The notes under the pieces: model-generated
Seen by the model: the letters and a program-made list of their open reading frames with translations, nothing else
The model's database searches: none
Told to the model about the DNA's origin: nothing
In this document: in pieces, positions 54,921 to 64,000 of the stretch
Layout: each line of letters begins with the position of its first letter
Position numbering within the stretch: position 1 is the stretch's first letter
Made by a program: the position numbers and the translations under genes
Virus record (IMG/VR): IMGVR_UViG_3300020450_000008
Strand: one strand, 5' to 3'
DNA: 64,000 nt
Source: a virus
Lineage: Duplodnaviria; Caudoviricetes

Positions 54921-54925
54921 ATATA

Positions 54926-54954
54926 TGTACAAATAAGTGAAAATAGTATATAAT
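54926..54954 (+). promoter_or_regulatory. Promoter of gene 32
   Basis: TGTACA-17 nt-TATAAT followed by an A/T-rich unstructured leader and SD AAGGAG. Confidence 0.6.
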
Positions 54955-54995
54955 AATAATATAATACAGCAATATTACAGTAATAAGGAGAAAAT

Positions 54996-55931
54996 ATGTC
55001 TTTTGCTAATTTAAAAAGGAACAGAAGTTCCATCGATAATCTCGTCAAAGCTGCTGAAGCAGTAGGCGGAAATACTCAAAAACAAAACTTTGGTGACGAT
55101 CGAATGTGGAAACCAACTGTTGATAAATCCAACAATGGTTATGCCGTAATTCGTTTCCTCCCTGCCAACGAGGGTTCTGAACTTCCTTGGAATCGATATT
55201 GGGATCATGGTTTTAAAGGTCCAACAGGTAGATGGTATATTGAAAAGTCTTTAACATCTATTGGACAAAATGATCCAGTTGGAGAATTAAATTCTAGACT
55301 TTGGAATACGGGTCTGGAGTCTGATAAAGCAAAAGCTCGAACTCAAAAAAGAAGACTACATTATGTATCAAACATATTGGTAGTCAATGATCCTGGAAAC
55401 CCATCTAATGATGGTAAAGTCTTCATCTATCAATATGGTAAAAAAATATTTGATAAAATTATGGATGCAATGCAACCAGAGTTTGAAGATGAAGCTCCAC
55501 TTAATCCATTTGATTTTTGGGAAGGTGCTAACTTTAAACTTAAAATCAGAGATGTAGAAGGTTATCGTAATTATGATAAATCAGAGTTTGATAGACAAAC
55601 ACCTCTATCAGAAGATGATACCTATCTTGAAGAAGTGTATAATAAAATGCACAAGCTTGAAGAGTTTACCGATCCTAAATCATATAAAACATATGATGAG
55701 CTTAAAACAAAACTTGCCAGTGTTCTAGGTGAAGATGCTTTTGGTGGTGCTTCTACAATGAGAGATGAAGTAAAACTAGGTAATAGTTCTCCTCCTCCAT
55801 CAATGAAAACCGAAGAGGTTTTAGATGATGCGATTCCTGATTTTAATGAAACAGCAGAAGATACTTCATCTAAAAAGAAAGATGAAGATGACACAATGTC
55901 ATATTTTGCTAACCTAGTTAACGACGATTAA
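54996..55931 (+). CDS. gp32: Single-stranded DNA-binding protein gp32
   Basis: DDRMWKPTVDKSNNGYAVIRFLP, HGFKGPTGRWYIE, YGKKIFDKI, NPFDFWEGANFKLKIR, YRNYDKSEF, acidic tail. Confidence 0.97.
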   Translation: MSFANLKRNRSSIDNLVKAAEAVGGNTQKQNFGDDRMWKPTVDKSNNGYAVIRFLPANEGSELPWNRYWDHGFKGPTGRWYIEKSLTSIGQNDPVGELNSRLWNTGLESDKAKARTQKRRLHYVSNILVVNDPGNPSNDGKVFIYQYGKKIFDKIMDAMQPEFEDEAPLNPFDFWEGANFKLKIRDVEGYRNYDKSEFDRQTPLSEDDTYLEEVYNKMHKLEEFTDPKSYKTYDELKTKLASVLGEDAFGGASTMRDEVKLGNSSPPPSMKTEEVLDDAIPDFNETAEDTSSKKKDEDDTMSYFANLVNDD

Positions 55932-58264
55932 ATAGGTACAACCTTATCTAAACTATTATCAACCGTGGTTATTCCAGATGCGTTTACCACGGTTGTGTTA
56001 TTTACAGAGTTATCAGCACGAGCATCCATAACAGTTGTCGGCGCTGCAATAAAATCTCCACTGCCTTTATTACCAGCAAGCATAATGCTATTCTCCATTT
56101 CTTGTAAAAAAGGATTGTTAGGTGTAGATGGTAAAGTCATGTTTGCGGTTGGTGATAAATTATTTTGACCTTCTATCATTCTTCTCGGTACAATTGTACC
56201 CTGCCCTGTAATTGTCATATCACTCATGTTTGGTGTGACTGCTGTCATATCAGGAAAAAGATTGGTACGCAAAATAGCCTGTGATATAGTACTCTGATTG
56301 TAAAGATCTTTTGGAGTTAAATTCATTTTTTGACCGATATTCTCAATTACACTATAATTTCCATTATTCAATTGATAAGAAACATTTTTGTTTCTTAATT
56401 TAGTCACAACCTCATTCAACATATTATTGGTGGATTGTTCAGAAAAATCATTCTTATACTTAGGAGAATTACTTACATTATTGATTTCTGTCTGTATGGC
56501 ATTTGAAATAGCTTTTACTGCGTTTAGTTGATTTTTTTCTTTCTCATTTGGAGTAAACTGGTTATCAGCTTTCTCAACAGAATCAGTTCGTGGCGAGTTA
56601 TTAAAAGGAACATTAGGTAAACTACCATTGTTAGCAATTGGATTTGGTGAAGACTGATCTATTCTTTCTCCTTCTATTCTTGCTATTTGCCCAGAAATTA
56701 AATTTGCAGATCCAGAACTTATCTTTGGAATTGGTGCGGGCGAATCTCCTGTAATGGGTGACATCATTGTTCCACCAATTGATGGTTCAATTCGTTCGAT
56801 ATTTATTTCAGGAAGTTTAGATCTTTCATTAACATTAGATAAACCCTCAATTATATTTTTGACTTCTGGTGCTTGTTCTATATCGATCTTTCCACCGATA
56901 TCATCACCATTTACAACAATTACTTCAATTGGAGCTTTATTATCAATCTCCACTTTTGCCAATGATTGGCTTGCTAATCTTGCTGACGTTTCATCAAATA
57001 TCATCTTCTCTTGTTCTGATCTTTCTTTTTGTGCCCTTTCAGTAGATATTTTTTCCATGACCGCTCTTTGTCTTGCCTCACTTAAACTACCTTCTTGACT
57101 TCTGTCACCTGGAAAATTTGGACCTTGTAGTCCACTCATAGTACCATCAGCTAAAGGAGTGGCGCTACTTAAATAACTAAGAGGTGCTAAAAGAGAACCT
57201 GTACCAAATCTTAAAACATTACCTGCTACATTTTTTGCTGCGTTAAATACTCTGTTTCTTACACTTGAATTATTTGCTCTGTTGCTAGTCCTATTTGAGG
57301 TATTATTAGGATTAGGATTAGTGTTATTGTTGGTTCTTCCAAAACGTTCATTACCTGATCTAATTTGATTGTTTCTTACCGTTGGCCTGTTTCTGCCTGT
57401 AATTATATTTCTAGCTCCTCTAAATCCTCTACCCAATAAATTACCAAAAGGACGAAGAAGACGCCCAGCTATATTAAGCGAACCAAAAACAGCTACTGCA
57501 TTAAAAAGCAAATCCTTTAATCTATCCATTAAAGTTTTATTATCTTGTTGTGCAGAATCTTTTGAAGCATCACGACTTTCTTGATCATCTGTTACTGATA
57601 CAGGTGTTACAATTGGACTTCTTCTGTTATCTCTTCTTCTTTCTAAATTATCTAAATTTTGTCTTCTTTCTCTCTTTTGATCTTCCATATATGCATTTTT
57701 AAACGCGTTGAGCGTTGATAATATTTCTTTTTGTGTATTAAGCTGTTCTTGAGAAAGAGCTACTAAAGCCTTCATATCTTTACTCTCAAAGAGTCTTCCT
57801 ATAAGTTTAAAAGGAGTCTTTATAATTGCGCCAATACCTTTAGTTATACCACCTAGTATTCTTCCTGGTAGTTCAATTATACTTCTTAAAGCACCAGTAA
57901 ATCCATCTTTAAGATCTTTAATAAGACCTAATGGAAAAAGAAATGGCGCCGCTATTGTACCAGCAATTTTCCCAAGTACACTACCTGTTCTTTTAGCTAT
58001 ACCTTCGCCGCTACTACCGGTAGTTTTAATTCCATTAGTTTCAAGTCTTTTTAATACTTCAACCATTTCTTCAAGACGGTCATGAATAGTTAATAATATT
58101 TCATCAGAAGCTTCAATATTACTTGCAACCTTTTCAAGTTTTGTATCAACAGTTTCGTTATTAGAAGCTTCTTGAGCAGCAACACTAGGCAATAATAGTC
58201 CTCTATCAAGCCTTTGTCCTTGATTACCTCTTCTTAATTCATTTGAAGCGTCTTCTATTGCCAT
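55928..58264 (-). CDS. gp29-like baseplate hub / tail length protein
   Basis: Long helical, low-complexity protein downstream of gp51; C-terminal AAPTTVMDARADNSVNNTT typical of T4-like tape-measure/hub proteins. Confidence 0.6.
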   Translation of the reverse strand: MAIEDASNELRRGNQGQRLDRGLLLPSVAAQEASNNETVDTKLEKVASNIEASDEILLTIHDRLEEMVEVLKRLETNGIKTTGSSGEGIAKRTGSVLGKIAGTIAAPFLFPLGLIKDLKDGFTGALRSIIELPGRILGGITKGIGAIIKTPFKLIGRLFESKDMKALVALSQEQLNTQKEILSTLNAFKNAYMEDQKRERRQNLDNLERRRDNRRSPIVTPVSVTDDQESRDASKDSAQQDNKTLMDRLKDLLFNAVAVFGSLNIAGRLLRPFGNLLGRGFRGARNIITGRNRPTVRNNQIRSGNERFGRTNNNTNPNPNNTSNRTSNRANNSSVRNRVFNAAKNVAGNVLRFGTGSLLAPLSYLSSATPLADGTMSGLQGPNFPGDRSQEGSLSEARQRAVMEKISTERAQKERSEQEKMIFDETSARLASQSLAKVEIDNKAPIEVIVVNGDDIGGKIDIEQAPEVKNIIEGLSNVNERSKLPEINIERIEPSIGGTMMSPITGDSPAPIPKISSGSANLISGQIARIEGERIDQSSPNPIANNGSLPNVPFNNSPRTDSVEKADNQFTPNEKEKNQLNAVKAISNAIQTEINNVSNSPKYKNDFSEQSTNNMLNEVVTKLRNKNVSYQLNNGNYSVIENIGQKMNLTPKDLYNQSTISQAILRTNLFPDMTAVTPNMSDMTITGQGTIVPRRMIEGQNNLSPTANMTLPSTPNNPFLQEMENSIMLAGNKGSGDFIAAPTTVMDARADNSVNNTTVVNASGITTVDNSLDKVVPI

Positions 58265-58452
58265 TATCTTCTACCTTGTTTTTGTCTTATCTTATCGTTT
58301 TCTTCTTTAATATATTGTACTAACATCGAAACGTAAACTTCTCTTTCCCATGGCATCATATTTTCAAGTTCTGTTAAAGAATATTTATGGTGTTGCATTA
58401 GTGCGAAATTGGTCTTATAATGATTCAATAAAGAGTCATTAGAAGACCACAC
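58264..58452 (-). CDS. gp51: Baseplate hub assembly catalyst gp51
   Basis: YKTNFALMQHHKYSLTELENMMPWEREVYV. Confidence 0.9.
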   Translation of the reverse strand: MWSSNDSLLNHYKTNFALMQHHKYSLTELENMMPWEREVYVSMLVQYIKEENDKIRQKQGRR

Positions 58453-59159
58453 TAAAAAAAATCAGAAATATTCCTCACTTTCACCACGTTTTCTTCTCCA
58501 CATTGAGTACATTTAAATGCATGATCAATCTCAACACTTGGCATCTTTTCTACATACTCTCTTAATTTACCAAATTGATCATTAGTCATTGATTCTATAA
58601 AACTCATAAGTTGTTCTCTTGGTTCATCTTTCACAGATATTTTCTCGCTTTCAGTGTTTATATAAACTATACAATCAGCAATCAATTCTATAATCGTTTC
58701 AACTTCTGAGCTTTGATTAATTATTTTGTTGTTTTGTATCATTTTTTGATACTTAGGCCACTCCATCTCAACAGATATAGTATCGCTTAATTCGATTATA
58801 TTTGTATCGACTTCAGGTTTATTTACTTCAATATTGTCTATATTGATAGCTGCAGGATTCTTATGCTCACACTTCTTACAAGATATTTGTAAGTTAACAA
58901 CTTCACCAACAGATTTTGCTCTTATCTTTGTGAACATGTATTCAACATCATATAACTTTAAATTTTGTATATCAATGCTTTCAGTACATGCTTTGATAGT
59001 GTCAGCTACAGCATTCAATGACGCGGTTTGATCATTTGATTCAAATGCCATCATTAACACTTTTTCTTCTTTTACAAGATATGGTCTGAACTTTACTTCC
59101 TGTCCTGTGGAAGGAATTGTCATTTCATACTTTGGTTTATCATTGAGTCTTGGTATCAT
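58452..59159 (-). CDS. gp26: Baseplate hub subunit gp26
   Basis: PSTGQEVKFRPYLVKEEKVL, DVEYMFTKIRAKSVGE, CxxC motifs. Confidence 0.92.
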   Translation of the reverse strand: MIPRLNDKPKYEMTIPSTGQEVKFRPYLVKEEKVLMMAFESNDQTASLNAVADTIKACTESIDIQNLKLYDVEYMFTKIRAKSVGEVVNLQISCKKCEHKNPAAINIDNIEVNKPEVDTNIIELSDTISVEMEWPKYQKMIQNNKIINQSSEVETIIELIADCIVYINTESEKISVKDEPREQLMSFIESMTNDQFGKLREYVEKMPSVEIDHAFKCTQCGEENVVKVRNISDFF

Positions 59160-59170
59160 TATCTACTCCA

Positions 59171-59704
59171 CTAAATTTTTATTTCTTCCCAATCTGTATA
59201 TGATAATTGAACGTTATATTGCGCAAATGTGTCATTCGCCTGATCAGCCATTTCAATAGGATTCAATGTTGTTGGGAATGCTTCTTTGATTTTACACTTA
59301 TAGTTTACATTTCCTTGTTGATCAAGTTGGTTTATTATAACGTCTCTTTCATAATCTTCTTTATAACTAATTTTATGTCTGTTATAGTTTATTGCTGATG
59401 CTGCCCATGTTTCAAAATATCTTTTTGCTGCAAAGTTGTTTGTAAGTAAAAATGTTATTGATATATCATCAACTGCATATCCGTCTATCATTTTTTCAAA
59501 TTTTATTCCTATTTCACGAGGTGAAGTGGTTATTTGTTTTCCAGGTAAGTTTACTGTTTGACAGAATACATTCAGTGATTGTTTAAAATCAATATCAAAA
59601 TCACCACCATTTATATTCATAGGTAATTCCACCATGAATTTATTAGGTTTAGCTATTCCACCTGCATCATTTACTCTGGATCTAAATTCACTTATGCTTA
59701 ACAT
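59171..59704 (-). CDS. gp54: Baseplate tail-tube initiator gp54 (gp19-like fold)
   Basis: GIAKPNKF.V, FCQTVNLPG, KRYFETW, EAFP...E.A. Confidence 0.8.
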   Translation of the reverse strand: MLSISEFRSRVNDAGGIAKPNKFMVELPMNINGGDFDIDFKQSLNVFCQTVNLPGKQITTSPREIGIKFEKMIDGYAVDDISITFLLTNNFAAKRYFETWAASAINYNRHKISYKEDYERDVIINQLDQQGNVNYKCKIKEAFPTTLNPIEMADQANDTFAQYNVQLSYTDWEEIKI

Positions 59705-60255
59705 TAGTTAACTCTCTTTCTTGAATCTCTATACACCTGAGCAGCAGTTGCTTTTCTAAAATCTGCTGTCGGCAAAAATGTAGCAATTTCCCACTCTGGT
59801 CTTTCAACTAATGCAAACTGACTTCGTACATGATTATTCAAATATCTGTGTATGGTTGGTTCTATATATTTTCGAGCTATAGACATATTGCCACCTAATA
59901 ATCCATCTAATAATTTTGCTCTTAAAACAGGTGGTAAGTAATGCAGGTTCATACCCATAAATCCACCTGGACGACCGCCTGTAATAATTACTAAAGGAAA
60001 TGCGTCGTAGTATGGAAGTGTCAATCTGTATTTTGGATCATATTGAAACATATACATTTGACCTAATGGACCATCAACATCTGTTTCAGCTTTTACAGAA
60101 GTTTTTATTTCTGGTTCATCGAATATATTTGACCTACTAATCTTTCCAAGGGCAGCAGCTTTCTTTCGAAACCACTCAATTGATTGTTTCGTTCTTGGAG
60201 TTACACCAGCTCTAAAAGCCTCGATCTCTAGTTTCTGAAATATATTTACAGCCAT
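59704..60255 (-). CDS. gp2: DNA end protector gp2
   Basis: GQMYMFQYDPKY..LPYYD.FPLV, F.GMNLHYLPP..RA.LL, EWEIA.FLP..F. Confidence 0.9.
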   Translation of the reverse strand: MAVNIFQKLEIEAFRAGVTPRTKQSIEWFRKKAAALGKISRSNIFDEPEIKTSVKAETDVDGPLGQMYMFQYDPKYRLTLPYYDAFPLVIITGGRPGGFMGMNLHYLPPVLRAKLLDGLLGGNMSIARKYIEPTIHRYLNNHVRSQFALVERPEWEIATFLPTADFRKATAAQVYRDSRKRVN

Positions 60256-60260
60256 GCGAC

Positions 60261-60268
60261 TATTTATA
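60261..60268 (-). promoter_or_regulatory. T4 late promoter for gp2
   Basis: TATAAATA on the minus strand, 5 nt before the gp2 ATG. Confidence 0.7.
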
Positions 60269-60749
60269 TCCTTTTAAGTGGTTTTAACTTCTTCATTTTC
60301 TTCCACTTAGGTAATATGCCCATTTCATGTAATGTGTCTTCTGTCCATATTTGAAACTCCCAGCCACGATCCTTTGCCATTTCATTGGCCGCTTTCCACT
60401 TATTCATATTTTTAACGTAAGTCATTCCTTCATTGACGTATCTTCTTGTTTTATTACCAGCAGGTATTTTTGGTGGTTGAGTTTCTTTCTTTGGTTTTAT
60501 TTCTACTAATACTGTTTTACCATCTTTAAAATTTATTTTTAGGTCAATAAAGTACTTATGATACTTTTTATCGATATCATAGTAATATGGAACTACAGTC
60601 TCTTCACTTGACCATGATTTTATCTTTGGGTTCTTATCACACCATGCAAAACATTTAGCCTCCCACATTGATCTATAAATAATATTATCAAGGTCGCCTT
60701 TGTATTTACTTGGGTTCGAAACTCTATATTTCCCTTGGTATAACTTCAT
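60264..60749 (-). CDS. gp4: Head completion nuclease gp4 (TnsA-like)
   Basis: YQGKY..NP.KYKGD..IIYRS.WE, WSSE, HKYFID, VEIKP, N..KW.AA, FQIWTE; ATG 60749 preferred over ORF start 60770. Confidence 0.92.
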   Translation of the reverse strand: MKLYQGKYRVSNPSKYKGDLDNIIYRSMWEAKCFAWCDKNPKIKSWSSEETVVPYYYDIDKKYHKYFIDLKINFKDGKTVLVEIKPKKETQPPKIPAGNKTRRYVNEGMTYVKNMNKWKAANEMAKDRGWEFQIWTEDTLHEMGILPKWKKMKKLKPLKRI

Positions 60750-60758
60750 TAAAATCCA

Positions 60759-60792
60759 TATAAATAACAATTAATAGTTTTAAGTATTTATA
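60759..60792. promoter_or_regulatory. Divergent, face-to-face T4 late promoters
   Basis: TATAAATA on + at 60759-60766 (gp48) and on - at 60785-60792 (gp4). Confidence 0.7.
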
Positions 60793-60801
60793 GGATAAAC
60801 A

Positions 60802-61881
60802 ATGGTACTCTCATATCCAGGCGATCGATCACTTGAAAGGCAACGCACTAGGCTGAAATATCCACTTTCTCAAAATGTCAACGAATACGGAGGAAGAATC
60901 GAGTTTTCAACTTTTGACGTAAAGCCACCTGATATAGGTGATTTAGGATCTCAAGTATATAAAGCAACTGGAGTTAAAGCTGTTGTTGATACTACAACTA
61001 AGGTTAGTGGAGCCATAAGAGAAGGATTTGGTCGTCCAGGTGGAATAGGGTCCAGTCTGGCTTTTACGGCTTTTGGGCTTTTAGAACGTTTTAAGGATGC
61101 AAATAAAACTGAACCTGATCTAGGTGTAAATAATGTTGGTGATGCAATCAACTCAGCTGCCAGATTTAAAACAAAGAACATAAGAACTGGAGAAAGTTGT
61201 AGCTTATACATGCCACAATCTATAGTTGTTGATGATACATTTGAATATGAAAATATAAATTTTAGAACATTTGGTTCTGTTCTTGCAGCTTCAGTCGCTG
61301 CGGGTCAAGGTGCAGTGGCTGGTTTAAAAGAAGCAACCGCAGATGGACTATACTCAATATATCAGGCATTTCGTGGAAATGCCATGAATGAAGATATTAA
61401 TAGAGCTGCTGTGGCAAGAATAGGCAATTTATTACCAGGAGTTGCTGGAGCAGCGATACGAGAAGGATTACAAACAACCCCTAATCCAAACATAAGAGCT
61501 TTATTTAGAAGTGTTGGTCTTAGACAGTTTAAATTTACATTTAAGATGAAACCAAAAACGCGGGAAGAAGCTCAAGAAATAACAAAAATAATACAGTTTT
61601 TTAGAAAGGCCGCTTATCCAGAGGCTATAGCTGCCAGTAATATAAAAATTGCGTATAAGTTTCCTCAAAAGTTTAAAATTAAGCTTGTATATGAAGATGA
61701 AGAAAGAAGAAAAGAAGTTGGAGTTAAACTAAAATTTTGTTATCTTAGAAATGTACAAACTAATTTCAATCCAAATGCAATGGCCTTTATGGAAGATGGA
61801 GAGTTTCAAGAAATTGATTTAGATCTCAATTTTACAGAAGAACAAACATTAGACAGAGATGATGTTATGGAGGGTTATTGA
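60802..61881 (+). CDS. gp48: Baseplate tail-tube cap gp48
   Basis: LKYP, CSLYMPQ, NPN...LF..VGLRQFKFTFKM.PK..EEA..I..II.FF, YKFP.KF, L.FTE. Confidence 0.88.
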   Translation: MVLSYPGDRSLERQRTRLKYPLSQNVNEYGGRIEFSTFDVKPPDIGDLGSQVYKATGVKAVVDTTTKVSGAIREGFGRPGGIGSSLAFTAFGLLERFKDANKTEPDLGVNNVGDAINSAARFKTKNIRTGESCSLYMPQSIVVDDTFEYENINFRTFGSVLAASVAAGQGAVAGLKEATADGLYSIYQAFRGNAMNEDINRAAVARIGNLLPGVAGAAIREGLQTTPNPNIRALFRSVGLRQFKFTFKMKPKTREEAQEITKIIQFFRKAAYPEAIAASNIKIAYKFPQKFKIKLVYEDEERRKEVGVKLKFCYLRNVQTNFNPNAMAFMEDGEFQEIDLDLNFTEEQTLDRDDVMEGY

Positions 61882-62600
61882 TGTATTTTAGAAATTTTGA
61901 AGTAGTACCATATTTTTTTGGAAATGAAAAAACAGTTAGTGTTGTTCAAAATCTTTCAACTTATGTTAATTTGATCGATCAAATAAAAGATCAAACTTCT
62001 TTATATGAAAACTATTTCATATTAGATGGAGAAAGGCCTGATGTACTTTCATATAAACTTTATGGTACAAGCGAATACTACTGGACATTTTATATTTTAA
62101 ACGATACCATAAGAAGACAGGGCTGGCCTCTTTCGTATTTTGAATTAACTGAACTTGTGAAGAAGCGATACCCAAACAGAACTTTAGTTATAAGAGAACA
62201 TTTAGGAACAAAATTTCAAGTGGGTGAAACAGTAACTGGATCTACATCTGGAGCTACTGGAAAAATACTTAGAAGAAATTTAGATTTAGGCCAGATTGTT
62301 GTAGAACCAACTAATACTAATACATTCCAAGCTGAAGTAATTACCAATACTATTAATGGTGTAACAAATAGTTCTACTGTTACCTCAACATCATTAGAAT
62401 ATCTATCAGCACATCACTATGAAACAACTGCAGGCGAGAGAGTTGATATAGATCCACTTATAGGACCAGGTGGTGCTTCACTTAACGAGATAACATACTT
62501 AAACAGATATGAAACTGAAAATGAAAATCTTAAAAAGATAAAAATTTTTAATAGAGGAAATATAAGTCAAGTAGTAACTCAGTTCCAATCACAACTGTGA
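61878..62600 (+). CDS. gp53: Baseplate wedge subunit gp53
   Basis: MYFRNF, Y.ILDGERPD.LSYKLYG..YYW...LN, HHYE, NE.LKKIKI. Confidence 0.9.
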   Translation: MMYFRNFEVVPYFFGNEKTVSVVQNLSTYVNLIDQIKDQTSLYENYFILDGERPDVLSYKLYGTSEYYWTFYILNDTIRRQGWPLSYFELTELVKKRYPNRTLVIREHLGTKFQVGETVTGSTSGATGKILRRNLDLGQIVVEPTNTNTFQAEVITNTINGVTNSSTVTSTSLEYLSAHHYETTAGERVDIDPLIGPGGASLNEITYLNRYETENENLKKIKIFNRGNISQVVTQFQSQL

Positions 62601-62607
62601 GTTGAAT

Positions 62608-64000
62608 ATGTCGAATGGAAGATCAAAAAAAGATTATTTCTCAACACCTTTTAGTTATTACTTTAGTAATATAAAAGTAACAGCCGATAGATTTGCAGGA
62701 AACGAATATAATTTAGAAAGAATTGTTTCTGAATTTAGTATTTATGAGCATGTTGATAAACCATTTTTAACAGCTGAAATGGTATTAGTTGATGCTGATC
62801 CTAATATTAATTTACTTAACGAAATTCATTTTATGGGAACTGAAACTGTTTCTGTTGAGATTCTTACGCAAGAAGATTCAGGATTCAAATTAAAGAAAGA
62901 CTTTATAGTTACAGAGGTAACACAATCTATAAAAAGCAATGATGCAAATGAAATTGTTTTAATTAAATTAATAGAAGATGTTGGCTACCTATCTTCTTTG
63001 ATGCGAGTTTCAAGATCATATACAGGTAAAAAGATTGACATAATAGAGCAATTAGTGAAACTAACTGGGAGGGGATTAGCAAAACAGAAAAAAGATACTT
63101 TTAATTTAACAGAAGATAAGCTCACAAGAGTTTTAGTTCCTAACATGACTCCACTTGAAGCTGCAAACTGGCTAAAAGATAGTTTACATACTGATGAGGG
63201 TATGCCTTTCTTTTTATATTCAACGATATCTGAAAATGACTTATATTTAACTGAATTGAATAAAATGCTAACACAGGATACGATGTTTAGAGAAAAGTTT
63301 GTTTACTCACAAGCATATGACCACCAATCATTTTTAAATATGCACAGTGTTACAAATCGTGACAAACCTATGGGTTATGCGGATGCTGCTTTTACTATCA
63401 TGAACTACGAGGTTTCAAACACTGATGATACTCTTACTCTTGCTAGAAAAGGATATACAACAGCCGAATATAATTTTGTTGACACTACATTAGGTCAAAA
63501 TACTAAAATCGATTATAGAATGAGTGACACTTATAGACAGCTTATGAATAAAGGTATATTACATGGAACTACTCAGTTTCCTACATACGATTTTAAAGCT
63601 GAATTTGCTGATAAAAGAATTGAAGATTATACAACAAGAGAAATCACGCACTTCTCAACTTCAAGGCAATATAATGATTATACTGAAGTTGAAGGTTATC
63701 ATGAAGGAAGGCAAAAAAACAGACATGAACAAAAAATAATATCCAAAAGTTTAAGATGGTGGTTGTTAAAACAAAGTATAGATATTACAGTTCCTGGAAC
63801 TAATTTTTTTAGAGCAAATCAAAATGCATCAATAGGTAATAAGATACATCTTTCCTTTGTTGGTAACATGCCAGCAGATTATACAACTGATGATAATAAT
63901 TTACTTGATAGAAAAAAATCAGGAGAGTATTTGATATATGCAGCCCGTCATCAGTTTTCTGGAAATTTTTATACAGTTAATTTAACTTGTGCCAAATTAG
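62608..64000 (+). CDS. gp27-like baseplate hub protein, 3' partial
   Basis: ATG 62608 and open to the window end; EFSIYE.VDKPF.TA, VPN.TPLEA.NWL, ITVPG, SGEYLI.A.RH. Confidence 0.7.
   Translation, partial: MSNGRSKKDYFSTPFSYYFSNIKVTADRFAGNEYNLERIVSEFSIYEHVDKPFLTAEMVLVDADPNINLLNEIHFMGTETVSVEILTQEDSGFKLKKDFIVTEVTQSIKSNDANEIVLIKLIEDVGYLSSLMRVSRSYTGKKIDIIEQLVKLTGRGLAKQKKDTFNLTEDKLTRVLVPNMTPLEAANWLKDSLHTDEGMPFFLYSTISENDLYLTELNKMLTQDTMFREKFVYSQAYDHQSFLNMHSVTNRDKPMGYADAAFTIMNYEVSNTDDTLTLARKGYTTAEYNFVDTTLGQNTKIDYRMSDTYRQLMNKGILHGTTQFPTYDFKAEFADKRIEDYTTREITHFSTSRQYNDYTEVEGYHEGRQKNRHEQKIISKSLRWWLLKQSIDITVPGTNFFRANQNASIGNKIHLSFVGNMPADYTTDDNNLLDRKKSGEYLIYAARHQFSGNFYTVNLTCAKL

Noticed and set aside
1-64000. 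CRISPR array, integrase/transposase, rRNA, DGR or stop-codon reassignment
   Set aside because: No regularly spaced repeats, recombinase or RT motifs, or rRNA-like segments were seen; core genes are full length under the standard code.

Overview
A 64-kb, AT-rich segment of a large T4-like (Tevenvirinae-related) myovirus genome, probably marine and probably infecting an alphaproteobacterium; the host is inferred from the NuoB, BMP-family, zf-CHCC and CtaH-like genes. In order: the end of a LamG tail-fibre-like gene; a nucleotide/DNA metabolism block (class II RNR, GIY-YIG, SNase, RNase H, DenV-like, SufT/DUF59, PhoH, glutaredoxin, GH19 endolysin); six late-promoter structural/tail-fibre genes (12-24.8 kb); a 14-gene glycosylation/methylation cluster containing an orphan BMP-family solute-binding protein (24.8-36 kb); a long accessory region with host-like genes (nuoB, lipase, zf-CHCC, DHODH-like, CtaH-like, MazG-like, kdsA, radical SAM); and T4 core genes gp33, gp32, gp29-like, gp51, gp26, gp54, gp2, gp4, gp48, gp53 and a partial gp27-like hub. 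The most unusual element is a minus-strand island. It holds a class IIb aminoacyl-tRNA-synthetase paralogue with no anticodon-binding domain, followed 5 nt later by an atypical tRNA. That tRNA has Asn identity elements (U1-A72, GUU, G73) on a Leu/Ser-type long-variable-arm scaffold, with U at position 37. All family assignments come from motif recognition by eye; no database search was run.
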